Virus record (IMG/VR): IMGVR_UViG_2974715202_000001
Strand: one strand, 5' to 3'
Length of the DNA: 64,000 bases
From: a virus
Each line of letters starts with the position of its first letter. The stretch's first letter is position 1. Of the stretch, positions 54,833-63,718 are shown one piece after another. Below the pieces are notes generated by a model. The model saw only the letters and a program-made list of their open reading frames with translations, had not been told where the DNA came from and searched no databases. Made by a program: the position numbers and the translations under genes.

Positions 54833-55018
54833 ATGCAAAACGATCCTGGAATCCTGATTACCGCCATCGGCTTGCTGTTCCTCGGCCTTATCATCTTCTT
54901 CGAAGGCCTAAAGGGATGGAAAATACAAGTCGCAAACTTCCTCGCGTCGCTTCTGTGCTTCTTCTTCGGCCTTTCTGCTTTGACGTTCTGGTTCGTCGTT
55001 GCGTTTGACGTATTTTAA
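54833..55018 (+). CDS. Small two-TM membrane protein, 61 aa
   Basis: RBS GAGGAG; strongly hydrophobic. Confidence 0.6.
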   Translation: MQNDPGILITAIGLLFLGLIIFFEGLKGWKIQVANFLASLLCFFFGLSALTFWFVVAFDVF

Positions 55019-55165
55019 TCGACGAACGGTACAGAAATTTTCGGATGGGGACGGAACTTATTAGCTATGCCGGTTTAGGTAGGAGATAATAGCCGTCCCT
55101 TTCGCCTCAATGTGTAGAGGCAATGTTGAATCCGATCATGTAAAGCAGAAGGCGGCAAACCTAAC

Positions 55166-56905
55166 ATGATTATCGACGAAGATAATATTTTTGATGATGG
55201 CGAATCAGGGTCCAGTGAGTTTGATCTCACGCAGATAGAAGATGCTGGAATGGACCCTTTGATGACCGCCGCGAGCAAGGCGGCCGATGATGCGATTGCG
55301 AGGAACGAAACGCATCGCGCGCAAAAGGCGGCAAGATACGCCGAGGCGTATGCTGAACCAGACTTGAGGAAGCGAGCGCGGTTGTTGATGCTCGACCAGG
55401 CGTTCGATCTTCCGGTCAGCCGGGTGGTGAAAGGGCCGTTTGATGATTTCATCACTAAGTACAGCTCGACTTCCGACAGCAACTACCTCGCGGTCTACGA
55501 CACGTTGTTCTGTAAGGGCGACGGGACCGTCCCGCACCCGCACTTCGACGAGTTTCGCGGCCGGCTGGTGGACCATCGCGGCGTGGCGTTCAACAACAAG
55601 ACCCTCGACCCCATTGACCTGATGGGTGCCCTCGCAGCTGCGGCCTTGGACGATCCCTCGATTAAGAAGACGATTGAGACTTGCTGCGTTTGGGCGCGTC
55701 GATATCGCCGCAACTCTCTGATCGAGACGTTTGAGAAGAAGATACCAGAGTGGGACGGCGAAGAGCGAATTGGCACGCTGCTGATCGATCTTTTCAAGCC
55801 GTTCGACACCGAATTGAACAGGATGGTGAGCAAGTATTTCTGGCTGAGCCTGTACTGTCGCATCAATTATCCGGGAATTTCGGCGCCGATTTCTCTGGCG
55901 TTGATTGGTGGGCAAGATGCGGGTAAATCCTATTTCGGCCTGCTGATCTGCAAGGAGCTGTCGGGCGGTCGCGATCTGGCTCCAGTCCAACTCGACCTGA
56001 GCCGACACGACCAGACGCCGTTCCTGCGCAACATCACCGGCAACTCGGTTATTGCGAACGTCGGCGAAATGTCCGGCTTCAAAAAGGGCGACATGGAACG
56101 CATCAAAGAATTCCTGGTGCGATCTTCGGATACATTCGATCAGAAGTTTGAGCCTGGCGAAACGATCAAGCGACAATGGATCACCATCATGGACGGCAAC
56201 GGATACGATGGACTCCAGCGGGACGACTCCGGCAACCGTCGATTCTATCCGATGTTCGTGGCACAACTTCCCGACGAAGATGGAAAGCCGAACTGGGTTA
56301 AGCCGGGCGATGGTAATGAACCGTTCAAGGTGGACTTCACCGACTTCGGCCGCAAATTCTGGCAAGCGATGGCCGAGTGCCGCGCCTGGATCGAAGAGCA
56401 TGGCGTCGATGGCTACCTGAATATGGTGTCGGAAGCAAACCGCGAAGTCCAGAACTTCTCTATTTCGGAAATGGAGAATGCGCGTGGCGTGGTTCGCGAC
56501 GATACGATTGATATGTATCTGATCAATGTCCTGATCAGTTGCGAGTTTGAAGAGATTAAGCCTGGTGGGAATGCCAAGAATCCTGGATGGAGGGCTGACA
56601 CCGTCGCCATTCTGAAATGGTTCGATATTCTCGCCAGGAAGAAGCCGATTTCTCGTCACCTTACTCCGCACCTGAAATCGCTTGGATTCATTCCGAATAA
56701 GAACGGCCTGGCTGGTTGGTGCTTACCTGTCGATAAGGTTGCGCCTGGATGGACGAATGGCATGCACACGACGTTGCCGCCGTTCAATGATGCGCTTGTG
56801 TACTTGCTGAGAAAGGGCGACCCGGATATCACTGATGAGGCTGCCATGGCAAAAATTCGGGCAGTCCGGGCCGAGCGAGCCAAGATTTTGGGCGAGGATT
56901 TCTGA
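55166..56905 (+). CDS. VapE-like P-loop helicase/ATPase (primase partner)
   Basis: PEWDGEER, GGQDAGKS Walker A and RDDSGNRRFYP motifs. Confidence 0.8.
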   Translation: MIIDEDNIFDDGESGSSEFDLTQIEDAGMDPLMTAASKAADDAIARNETHRAQKAARYAEAYAEPDLRKRARLLMLDQAFDLPVSRVVKGPFDDFITKYSSTSDSNYLAVYDTLFCKGDGTVPHPHFDEFRGRLVDHRGVAFNNKTLDPIDLMGALAAAALDDPSIKKTIETCCVWARRYRRNSLIETFEKKIPEWDGEERIGTLLIDLFKPFDTELNRMVSKYFWLSLYCRINYPGISAPISLALIGGQDAGKSYFGLLICKELSGGRDLAPVQLDLSRHDQTPFLRNITGNSVIANVGEMSGFKKGDMERIKEFLVRSSDTFDQKFEPGETIKRQWITIMDGNGYDGLQRDDSGNRRFYPMFVAQLPDEDGKPNWVKPGDGNEPFKVDFTDFGRKFWQAMAECRAWIEEHGVDGYLNMVSEANREVQNFSISEMENARGVVRDDTIDMYLINVLISCEFEEIKPGGNAKNPGWRADTVAILKWFDILARKKPISRHLTPHLKSLGFIPNKNGLAGWCLPVDKVAPGWTNGMHTTLPPFNDALVYLLRKGDPDITDEAAMAKIRAVRAERAKILGEDF

Positions 56906-56930
56906 TGTAGTGGTGGAGTGTACTTGGACT

Positions 56931-56957
56931 AGGCCGCCTTCGGGCGGTCTTTTCTTT
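56931..56957 (+). terminator. Intrinsic terminator
   Basis: AGGCCGCC-TTCG-GGCGGTCT followed by TTTCTTT. Confidence 0.85.
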
Positions 56958-56999
56958 GGTGCGGCGTACATTCGATTCCGGTGGTGGCCGAGTGAGATT

Positions 57000-57500
57000 C
57001 GAAAGCTATCCGGTAATTAGGGTGGGGTGGCGACGGTGTATTGTGGAAAGTTCGTGGACGTTGGATCGAGGATTTTGTGTGGTGAGTGGATGAATTGTGG
57101 AAAATCGACGATTCTGACTGGATTTTTGGGGTCGGCCGCGTCGAGCTTACCGGTAATTTACGAAACCGGTAATTAGGGCCTAGCCTTAGTGCCGCGTGGG
57201 CTTGAAGCGCTTATTCGGATACTTTCCGGTTTCGGACGCAGCCGCAAAAGTATACTACAGCGAAAATCGATTGCACAATCCTAATAGAAAAAATCTATCA
57301 CGGACGTTACCTATCTTTAAAATTAATTAAATTAATAGTAATTTGGTAATTTGGTAAACTTTAGTATTTGAAAGCCTCGCGGCACTAAGCTTGTACATAT
57401 CCCGTCAAGTTTCCGATTCCAGCCAGCTCGCGGCAGGGTCGCCGGAAACTTCCGGACTTCCAATCCATGGGTCGCGGCAAAACCACGGCGGACTAAGCGG
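57000..57500. repeat. AT-rich non-coding element B (origin-like), homologous to element A
   Basis: CCGGTAATT copies at 57010, 57150 and 57166; TCGCGGCA at 57377, 57428 and 57472; 44/49 nt identity to 11338-11386. Confidence 0.8.
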
Positions 57501-57867
57501 CAGGCTCCAAAACTCGACGAACGGAGCCGGAAATTTGGGAGCACGACAGAATCGCTCAGCTGGACATATTTCGAACATTCGATTTAACACTCCCCGCAAA
57601 CACTCACCACCATCGTCTCCCGCCAACCGCCGACTCGACCATCACCCACCAGCGGATCGCCCGTATAACATCCTATAACACCACCTAACACTCATTCATC
57701 ATCAAACCCACCCAGACCTACAGCCCACCCACAAGCAGCCCATAGACGCGATCCCTGGCCCCATAGTACAATCGCGCCATACTCAGTGTCGCGGCAGAGC
57801 ACCAGGCCCATCCACCACCAACTCCACCGCGACGACTCCAGAATCGAACTCAGGGACGCAGCACCAA

Positions 57868-58437
57868 ATGACCAAACACTACAGCCCCGACGATCTAGTC
57901 ACGCCACAGGAATTCGCAGACCCGCATTTCGCGGCGATCAACCAAAAGCGATTCGACCTGTACATCGACCTGCGCGTCCAAGGCTACAGCTCCTGGCGGG
58001 TCTTCCGGGCCATCTGGGGCGAGGAGCATATGGACGGTCCCGCGCAGGCCCGCATCTTCGCGATGGAGTCCAACCCGTACTATCGCAAGCAGTTCAAGGC
58101 CAAGTTGAACGCGACCAAAACGTCCGATTTGTGGAATCCAAAGACGGCGCTCCACGAACTCCTCCAAATGGTTCGTGACCCCACCGTCAAGGACTCCAGC
58201 CGTCTGTCGGCCATCAAGGAATTGAACGTTCTGGCTGAAATCACGTTCGTGGACGAGTCGGGCAAGACCAGGATCGGTCGCGGTTTGGCCGACTTCTACG
58301 CATCAGAAGCCGAGGCTCAGACCGCCACCGTCGCTGCTGCGGCCGAAGCCAATGGCTATGTGCCGGAAGGCGAAGAGGGAGATTTCCCGTCTCCGACGCC
58401 GGAACCGACCGAGGAAGACCGCGCCAACCCCATTTAG
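57868..58437 (+). CDS. terS: Terminase small subunit
   Basis: N-terminal HTH-like segment and ALHELLQM...DSSRLSAIKEL oligomerisation pattern; 189 aa; monocistronic. Confidence 0.7.
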   Translation: MTKHYSPDDLVTPQEFADPHFAAINQKRFDLYIDLRVQGYSSWRVFRAIWGEEHMDGPAQARIFAMESNPYYRKQFKAKLNATKTSDLWNPKTALHELLQMVRDPTVKDSSRLSAIKELNVLAEITFVDESGKTRIGRGLADFYASEAEAQTATVAAAAEANGYVPEGEEGDFPSPTPEPTEEDRANPI

Positions 58438-58557
58438 ACATAAAATAACATCGTTCTAGGCCCGAATCGGACCGAACTAAGGCGACGGTAGCGGGAAGGG
58501 ACGAAAAACGATTCTAGGGCGGTTCTAGGAAGTCGTAGCCTAACCCTCAGAAACGAC

Positions 58558-58597
58558 AAAGCCCCGGACTCTAGTTCAGAATCCGGGGCTTTCTTTT
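58558..58597. terminator. Bidirectional terminator
   Basis: AAAGCCCCGGA/TCCGGGGCTTT stem followed by CTTTT. Confidence 0.8.
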
Positions 58598-58604
58598 GGG
58601 CGCC

Positions 58605-59219
58605 TTATTCGCCAGCTTCGATGATTTCGAAGTTGTATTTGACGCCTTCGTGCTCGAAAGTCATTTTGCCAGCCGCCTTCAGCTGCATGCGGAAGCGGAT
58701 GTGTTTCGAAGAAGGCAGGCCGAACTCGATGAATGCTGCGTTGGTGGACCGGAACTCGCCGCGCTTGCCTTTGACAGTCACAGCCACGCCATGGCGCTGA
58801 GTGCGTTTCTTGGAAACTTCCGGGTCTTTCCAGGAGTTGGCGATGGCTGCCGACAGGTCTTTGGACTCTTTGGCTTTCTCCGGAGCGTTCTTGGCCTCTT
58901 CGCGCATCTTCCGGATTTCTTCCAGCGCTTCCTCTTCGGTGATCTCTTCTTCAGGCTTCAGATTCTCTTCCTCGGCCTTCTCTTCTTCCTTCTTCTTGGA
59001 AGTGCGGGTTTTGTAGACTTTGGCCGGGGCTTCCTCTTCCTGAAAGGCTTCTTCCTCGGCCGGCAGAGCATTCAGGATGGCGAGGCAGCGACGCTCAGCA
59101 GTCTTGCGGTCAGAGAAACGCTTGACAGTCGCATCGGCGTTGTGGGCGTTGTAGAAGGCGACCAGTTCTTTCATTTCTGCGTTCTGGATGTCGCCGAAGG
59201 TTTTGATGGAGTTGGTCAT
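58605..59219 (-). CDS. Two-domain protein with Glu/Lys-rich linker, putative DNA-binding
   Basis: N-terminal KRFSDRKTAERR, acidic linker and basic C-terminal domain; own promoter and terminator. Confidence 0.75.
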   Translation of the reverse strand: MTNSIKTFGDIQNAEMKELVAFYNAHNADATVKRFSDRKTAERRCLAILNALPAEEEAFQEEEAPAKVYKTRTSKKKEEEKAEEENLKPEEEITEEEALEEIRKMREEAKNAPEKAKESKDLSAAIANSWKDPEVSKKRTQRHGVAVTVKGKRGEFRSTNAAFIEFGLPSSKHIRFRMQLKAAGKMTFEHEGVKYNFEIIEAGE

Positions 59220-59281
59220 TTTGCGATCCTCTGTTTTGGAAGATTTCGTTCGGGCTTCGGTTTGTCGCCCCGTTGAAAGAG

Positions 59282-59320
59282 ATTATGCCTAGGTCGATTC
59301 TGCGTGTCTACATTTATTTC
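59282..59320 (-). promoter_or_regulatory. Sigma70-like promoter
   Basis: TAGACA (59305-59310), 17 nt, CATAAT (59282-59287); upstream GAAATAAA. Confidence 0.7.
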
Positions 59321-59407
59321 ATCAGATTGATCGCAAAGCCGACGAACGGTTGTCGGATGTGAAAACACCGCAGAGCAGGCTGCGGTGTTTGTTGGCGAGG
59401 GCGATGG

Positions 59408-60118
59408 TCAAGCGAACGGATCGCCCAGCATATCTTCAGACGGGGCACGTTGCATATCGCCCAGCTTGTCTTCGTCAGTTGCCGGACTGGACGGGATCGC
59501 GCCGGACCGAAGCGACAGAGATTCCGACTGCCTGCTCACCTGCGGAGCCGGAGGAGCCGGAGGAGCCGGAGGAGCTTTTGGCGCAGTAGGAGCAGGCGGG
59601 ACCGGCAGGCCTGGAGGAGCCATCGGCGCCATGGGCGGTTCTGGAAGATCGGGAAGACTCGGCGCTATGCCGCCAAAGGACCGCTGCGACTGTTGCGCCG
59701 GATTGTCGTCGAACATTTCGGCGGATCGGTTGTCCTTGATGACTTGACCTATGGCCGTCTTGTCGCCGCCCGGCTCTGCCGGATCGAAGCCCGTGAATGG
59801 AGTGGTAACGCAGCGCATGTTCGGATGGGTAGGTAGATTTTTCAGTACTATGGAATCTGCCCAGACATACGGATTCTTGTGGTTGCCGGGTCCGTGGCTG
59901 ATGATCTCGGCAGGAATATGGCCGTTCATGGTGAGCCATTCCGCCATCCCTTGCCGAGTCAGCGGGCTTACCACGATCTGACCAGTGGACTCTTTGGCGA
60001 TGGCGAACAGATCACCGAATTCGAATCCGATGATTGTGTAGTTGGACCTGGACTCGCCGACGAAAGCCAGAGTTTCGATGTTGTGGTGGATATCTTGGTC
60101 TTCCCAGATGTACAGCAT
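59408..60118 (-). CDS. Protein with Pro-rich disordered C-terminus
   Basis: RBS GAGGAG; PPAPPAPPAP tract. Confidence 0.7.
   Translation of the reverse strand: MLYIWEDQDIHHNIETLAFVGESRSNYTIIGFEFGDLFAIAKESTGQIVVSPLTRQGMAEWLTMNGHIPAEIISHGPGNHKNPYVWADSIVLKNLPTHPNMRCVTTPFTGFDPAEPGGDKTAIGQVIKDNRSAEMFDDNPAQQSQRSFGGIAPSLPDLPEPPMAPMAPPGLPVPPAPTAPKAPPAPPAPPAPQVSRQSESLSLRSGAIPSSPATDEDKLGDMQRAPSEDMLGDPFA
59544..59575. repeat. 9-bp tandem repeat GGAGCCGGA, about 3.5 copies
   Basis: Read directly in the sequence. Confidence 0.9.
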
Positions 60119-60128
60119 GGTTCGCTCC

Positions 60129-60440
60129 TCAATAAGGTTGCTTTTGGTGTTCGACCAGAGACATACCGGCCGGAACTTTGAAGCGGACGTATTCGATCAT
60201 CATCGCCGTTCGACGCCGATTCGTGCCAGACTCGTCGTTGACGAATAGTTCGCACTGGTGCGGAATGACTCGCGTCACCAGGCCTTCGCCTTTCGAGCCG
60301 TAGAACTTGATGTAGGCCGCGACGCCTCGCGTCATGTTCAGATGGATCGTTTCGCAGAGTCGCTGCGCGGCCGACGCGCTGGACAGATCTGTCGGACTGA
60401 CCGTCACCCAGTAATGTGCGTTTTGTTCTTTGTCGGACAT
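60129..60440 (-). CDS. Hypothetical protein, 103 aa
   Basis: RBS GGAGG. Confidence 0.7.
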   Translation of the reverse strand: MSDKEQNAHYWVTVSPTDLSSASAAQRLCETIHLNMTRGVAAYIKFYGSKGEGLVTRVIPHQCELFVNDESGTNRRRTAMMIEYVRFKVPAGMSLVEHQKQPY

Positions 60441-60460
60441 AAGCTGCCCTCCAATGAGAA

Positions 60461-60484
60461 AGCCTCTGCGGATCGGCAGAGGCT
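60461..60484 (-). terminator. Terminator-like hairpin
   Basis: AGCCTCTGC/GCAGAGGCT stem, TTTCTC downstream on the minus strand. Confidence 0.5.
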
Positions 60485-60492
60485 GGTTGTTG

Positions 60493-60714
60493 TTAGTCGC
60501 GCTTCAACAGCACGACTTTGTCATATGCGCGATATTTACCGCGCCAGTCTTCCCAGTATTCGCCGGCCGGGCAGACAAGCTCCAGAGTGATTTCGTCGCG
60601 CCAGCATTCGACAGAAAGAACAATTGCCTTGTTCCTGGCTGCGGAATCTGCTCTGAGCTTAATCAGAATTTCATCGCCCGTTTTAAGCTCATCAACTCTT
60701 ACAACTTTTGCCAT
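60493..60714 (-). CDS. Small SH3-like protein, paralog 1
   Basis: RBS AGGAG; EL..GDEIL...AIVL motif. Confidence 0.7.
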   Translation of the reverse strand: MAKVVRVDELKTGDEILIKLRADSAARNKAIVLSVECWRDEITLELVCPAGEYWEDWRGKYRAYDKVVLLKRD

Positions 60715-60723
60715 GGTGTTCTC

Positions 60724-60981
60724 CTATTGGGCAGCGCCGCGAGGGCGGATCGGGTCGATGTCATGTAAGCAGATGGTAGGATAGTCCCTGGCCAACTTGA
60801 GCTTGAAGTCCACCCAGTCAGCGCCGATGAGTGCCGAGACTTCGATGCTTACTTTGCTGTGCGGCGCAGCTCCAGATCGCAGGACTATGGCCCGACGCCG
60901 AACGGGATCGTTGACGTCAACATGAGTGAGTATTTCGTCGCCGACGAGCAACTCACAGGCCATCAATATTTTGGCCATCAT
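60724..60981 (-). CDS. Small SH3-like protein, paralog 2
   Basis: RBS AGGAG; ELLVGDEIL...RAIVL motif. Confidence 0.7.
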   Translation of the reverse strand: MMAKILMACELLVGDEILTHVDVNDPVRRRAIVLRSGAAPHSKVSIEVSALIGADWVDFKLKLARDYPTICLHDIDPIRPRGAAQ

Positions 60982-61031
60982 ACACTCCTATGAGAAGGCG
61001 CGGCCAGGACGATCCCAGCCGCGCCGATGGA

Positions 61032-61256
61032 TTAACGTTTGTGAAGGATGGACACCGCGTCCACGTCGAGGATGCTGATGGTACGGCGACGGCGCGGATT
61101 GCTGCGTTCATGGATGCGAATCAGGTCAGCGGATGGAGCTTCGTGCACCACCCATACATCTTCCGGCTTCTGCGTCCGGAGCAGGACCGTCACTTCTGTG
61201 TTCTGGGCGAGGCCGTTGCAGATGAACGTGAACTTGGACGAGGGAGTTCTGTACAT
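61032..61256 (-). CDS. Hypothetical protein, 74 aa
   Basis: RBS AAAGGA behind a conserved promoter. Confidence 0.7.
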   Translation of the reverse strand: MYRTPSSKFTFICNGLAQNTEVTVLLRTQKPEDVWVVHEAPSADLIRIHERSNPRRRRTISILDVDAVSILHKR

Positions 61257-61306
61257 TTCGAGATTCCTTTTTGGACTTCGGGTCCGACTTCTCAGCCGGT
61301 GAAGAG

Positions 61307-61342
61307 ATTATGCCTGATCATCGCAGTCGAGTAAAGCACTTG
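61307..61342 (-). promoter_or_regulatory. Sigma70-like early promoter
   Basis: AAGTGCTTTACT (TTTACT at 61330-61335), 17 nt, CATAAT (61307-61312). Confidence 0.75.
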
Positions 61343-61647
61343 TGTACCAATTCTCCAGTTAAATGGAACCAAAGCGCGGTATCGCTGATTGCTACGCTCC
61401 CACGCCATGGTCCTTCTTGCTCGCAGACTGCGAACCACAAGCTGATTTCCATCCTTGCCAGGACTCGGCCGAAGGATTCGAGCCGGCGCCGACTGGCAAG
61501 GATGTCGACATTCACGCGTCGATTGATTTCGCACCGGCGACCGTTTATGACGAAGACCAGGCGCAGGGTCTGCCCGTCAAGACATTCCCAATACTTGGTC
61601 TCGTACCGAAGCCAGTAGCGTCTGCTTGGTGGCCCAACCATCGTCAT
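61318..61647 (-). CDS. Hypothetical protein, 109 aa
   Basis: ATGA overlap with the upstream stop at 61644. Confidence 0.55.
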   Translation of the reverse strand: MTMVGPPSRRYWLRYETKYWECLDGQTLRLVFVINGRRCEINRRVNVDILASRRRLESFGRVLARMEISLWFAVCEQEGPWRGSVAISDTALWFHLTGELVHKCFTRLR

Positions 61648-62291
61648 CCTTCTATACTCCTGGCAGCGCCACGGGGACCGGGCGGTGGAGTCGGATCGAA
61701 CCGCCCCAGGATGTAGTCGGGCCGGCGCGCTTCCTGAGGGCACACGGCGAGAAGGCGCCATCCTGCGTCCAGGGCATACTGGAGTTCGTCCGTGCAGCAG
61801 TCTTCCTTGAGCAGCAGACGGTTGACGCTCTGGAGATTCGGACCAGGGATGGCAGAGCTGGTGTGCGAGTTCCAGCCTTCGATGCCGTGCACCATCTGCG
61901 GTTGGTTGATGTAGCCTTCGGACCTGCCAGCCAACCGGCTCGCGGCCAGCTCCAGGCGTTCCAACATGGGTCGCAGAGCAGCTTCCGGGTCAACGTCGTC
62001 CCAGAGAAGGGCCAGGCTGATGATGGTGTACGGATAGTCCTTGTCCAGATCCCAGGCCGAAGCGGTCAGACGGCCCAGGCCGATTTCATTACACATCACG
62101 GGAACGTCGTTGCTCCATGTGGACGGCTCCCAGTTCCGCTCACCAGGATTCCCGATTGTTACGCCTTCCAGGTTCCCCAGGAGAACGTGGAGTTTGCTGA
62201 CGTATTCCGCCTCCAGCGCTTTCCGCTCTTCGTCGGTCTGGTTGTGGCGATAGAAGGATGGAGGGCTGACTTTTGCATGGTAGAGTTTCGT
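61644..62291 (-). CDS. Hypothetical protein, 215 aa, with ACG at the expected start position
   Basis: RBS GAGGA, 6 nt, then ACG (62289-62291). C-terminal EDCCTDELQ..L..GWRLLAVCPQ..RRPDYILGR. Confidence 0.6.
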   Translation of the reverse strand, partial: TKLYHAKVSPPSFYRHNQTDEERKALEAEYVSKLHVLLGNLEGVTIGNPGERNWEPSTWSNDVPVMCNEIGLGRLTASAWDLDKDYPYTIISLALLWDDVDPEAALRPMLERLELAASRLAGRSEGYINQPQMVHGIEGWNSHTSSAIPGPNLQSVNRLLLKEDCCTDELQYALDAGWRLLAVCPQEARRPDYILGRFDPTPPPGPRGAARSIEG

Positions 62292-62322
62292 GGCGGTTCC
62301 TCGGTTTTTGAAGGCTTGAACG

Positions 62323-62535
62323 TTAGAGAATGGTGTCGCAGTATTTCTCGAAAGGACTCTGGCGCTTCTTCTCGCAGATCGCGCAGGTGATTTCCAGGTC
62401 GGGCAGCTCGCTGTAAGTCTTGCCGAGATACAGCCAGCGCTTGCACAGACTGCGGCCGTCCGACGTGAAGAAGTGGACTTTGCGAGCATTGCCGGGTTGC
62501 GCCCAGCCACCTTGATCGTTTTTGCGCTTGCTCAT
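62323..62535 (-). CDS. Putative zinc-binding protein, 70 aa
   Basis: KVHFF...SLCKRW...CAIC (H/C/C/C); RBS AAGGA. Confidence 0.7.
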   Translation of the reverse strand: MSKRKNDQGGWAQPGNARKVHFFTSDGRSLCKRWLYLGKTYSELPDLEITCAICEKKRQSPFEKYCDTIL

Positions 62536-62720
62536 GGCGATATTTCCTTTGGATCGTGGATCCATGGTGTACGTTCAGTCACCCAAACTCCATCTACATA
62601 GATCAGGACTGACAGAGCAGTCGCGCCAAACCCGAAGCCTACATAGAATGAACCGGGATCGATTTCCATGGCGGCGCTATTGCAATCGACATCAAAGTCG
62701 AATAGCGAATGGCCACTCAT
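62532..62720 (-). CDS. Hypothetical protein, 62 aa
   Basis: ATGA overlaps at both ends. Confidence 0.55.
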   Translation of the reverse strand: MSGHSLFDFDVDCNSAAMEIDPGSFYVGFGFGATALSVLIYVDGVWVTERTPWIHDPKEISP

Positions 62721-62932
62721 ACCATCACCATGTCGATTTCATTGACGAAGAAATGGACATCGACACCATCGGCGCGGCCGGTGTAACGCAGCCGAGTCGT
62801 CCCATCAATGTGGGCTTCCTCGACGCCGATGACTTCCAGGATGGTGTCGTTGCAGTACAGCTTGACGAACATCTTGATGCCGGAGCCAATCGCCGCGAAG
62901 GCGATCTGCTTGTACAGGTCTTGCTTGATCAT
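62717..62932 (-). CDS. Hypothetical protein, 71 aa
   Basis: RBS AGGAG; ATGA overlaps. Confidence 0.7.
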   Translation of the reverse strand: MIKQDLYKQIAFAAIGSGIKMFVKLYCNDTILEVIGVEEAHIDGTTRLRYTGRADGVDVHFFVNEIDMVMV

Positions 62933-63129
62933 GCTTTACGCTCCTGTTTGCGGATGTATTCTGCCCTGGCCTCTGCTTCGAACTTCGCCCAGAGCGCGTT
63001 GTCGACTGGACCCCAGGGCCCGGTCTGAGTTCCGTCCACCGGCGCGAACTTGCCACCGGCGCGACGATACTTGGACAGCGTTCTCAGGCTGATGATTTTC
63101 TCTTCTTGGGAATCGAATTGGACGATCAC
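62929..63129 (-). CDS. Hypothetical protein, 66 aa, GTG start
   Basis: GTGA overlap with the upstream stop; RBS GGGGAG. Confidence 0.6.
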   Translation of the reverse strand: MIVQFDSQEEKIISLRTLSKYRRAGGKFAPVDGTQTGPWGPVDNALWAKFEAEARAEYIRKQERKA

Positions 63130-63377
63130 CGTACATACTCCCCAAAGTAGCAGGTGTGGAGGATTTCCAGGCCCTTGGAGATAGCCTTCAGCTTGATGCC
63201 AAAGTTCTTGATTGCCCAGTCCAGATCGTGGTGATAGAACTCGATGATGTTGACGATTTGACCGGCGCTGTAGTGGATGACGCGAACCTTGCCATTCCAG
63301 CGGAAATCTTCGCGGCTGTTTACGGCCTCGACTTCGATGGTGTCGTTTCTGCCGATGGTCCATTTGGAGTTGGTCAT
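63126..63377 (-). CDS. Hypothetical early protein, 83 aa
   Basis: RBS GAGGA behind a promoter. Confidence 0.75.
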   Translation of the reverse strand: MTNSKWTIGRNDTIEVEAVNSREDFRWNGKVRVIHYSAGQIVNIIEFYHHDLDWAIKNFGIKLKAISKGLEILHTCYFGEYVR

Positions 63378-63399
63378 GTCGCAATCCTCTTTTTGGAGT

Positions 63400-63471
63400 G
63401 TTTCGCGTTTCGATGAGGTAACTATACCTAAGTCACCTCATCGAGTAAAGCACTTTTGAACAGATTATTTG
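63400..63471 (-). promoter_or_regulatory. Early promoter embedded in a 13-bp inverted repeat
   Basis: TTTACT (63444-63449), 17 nt, TATAGT (63421-63426); IR 63411-63423 / 63431-63443 with one mismatch. Confidence 0.8.
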
Positions 63472-63505
63472 AATTTCTGGAAGACAGATCCATCGGCTGA
63501 TTTAG

Positions 63506-63691
63506 TCAATCAGTGGAACCAAGACTCCATCCGTTGCGGGCGAAGGCCGAGCGACCAGACAGCTTGCGGCACTGGATGGAGCTGCCATCGTCGAAGGTGT
63601 AGGACACGGCCCAGTCCAGGCGCTCGCGACGCACTGCCGCGGCAGCGATATCTTCCAGACGGGCTTTGAGAAGTTGTTCTGCTTTGGTCAT
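63506..63691 (-). CDS. Hypothetical early protein, 61 aa
   Basis: RBS GAGGA behind a promoter. Confidence 0.7.
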   Translation of the reverse strand: MTKAEQLLKARLEDIAAAAVRRERLDWAVSYTFDDGSSIQCRKLSGRSAFARNGWSLGSTD

Positions 63692-63718
63692 TTCAAGTTC
63701 CTCTTTGGAGCGCTTCTG

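Noticed and set aside
55030-55130. Structured RNA leader before the VapE-like gene (GGACGG/CCGTCC and GCCTC/GAGGC stems)
   Set aside because: The stems are short and expected by chance, and no covariation evidence is available.
57332-57678. Short ORFs within element B
   Set aside because: No RBS, atypical composition, and they overlap the repeat structure; treated as non-coding.
61644-62510. 288-aa version of the 61644 gene starting at ATG 62510
   Set aside because: It would overlap most of the 62323-62535 gene in another frame with low-complexity sequence; the RBS sits at about 62298-62302 instead.
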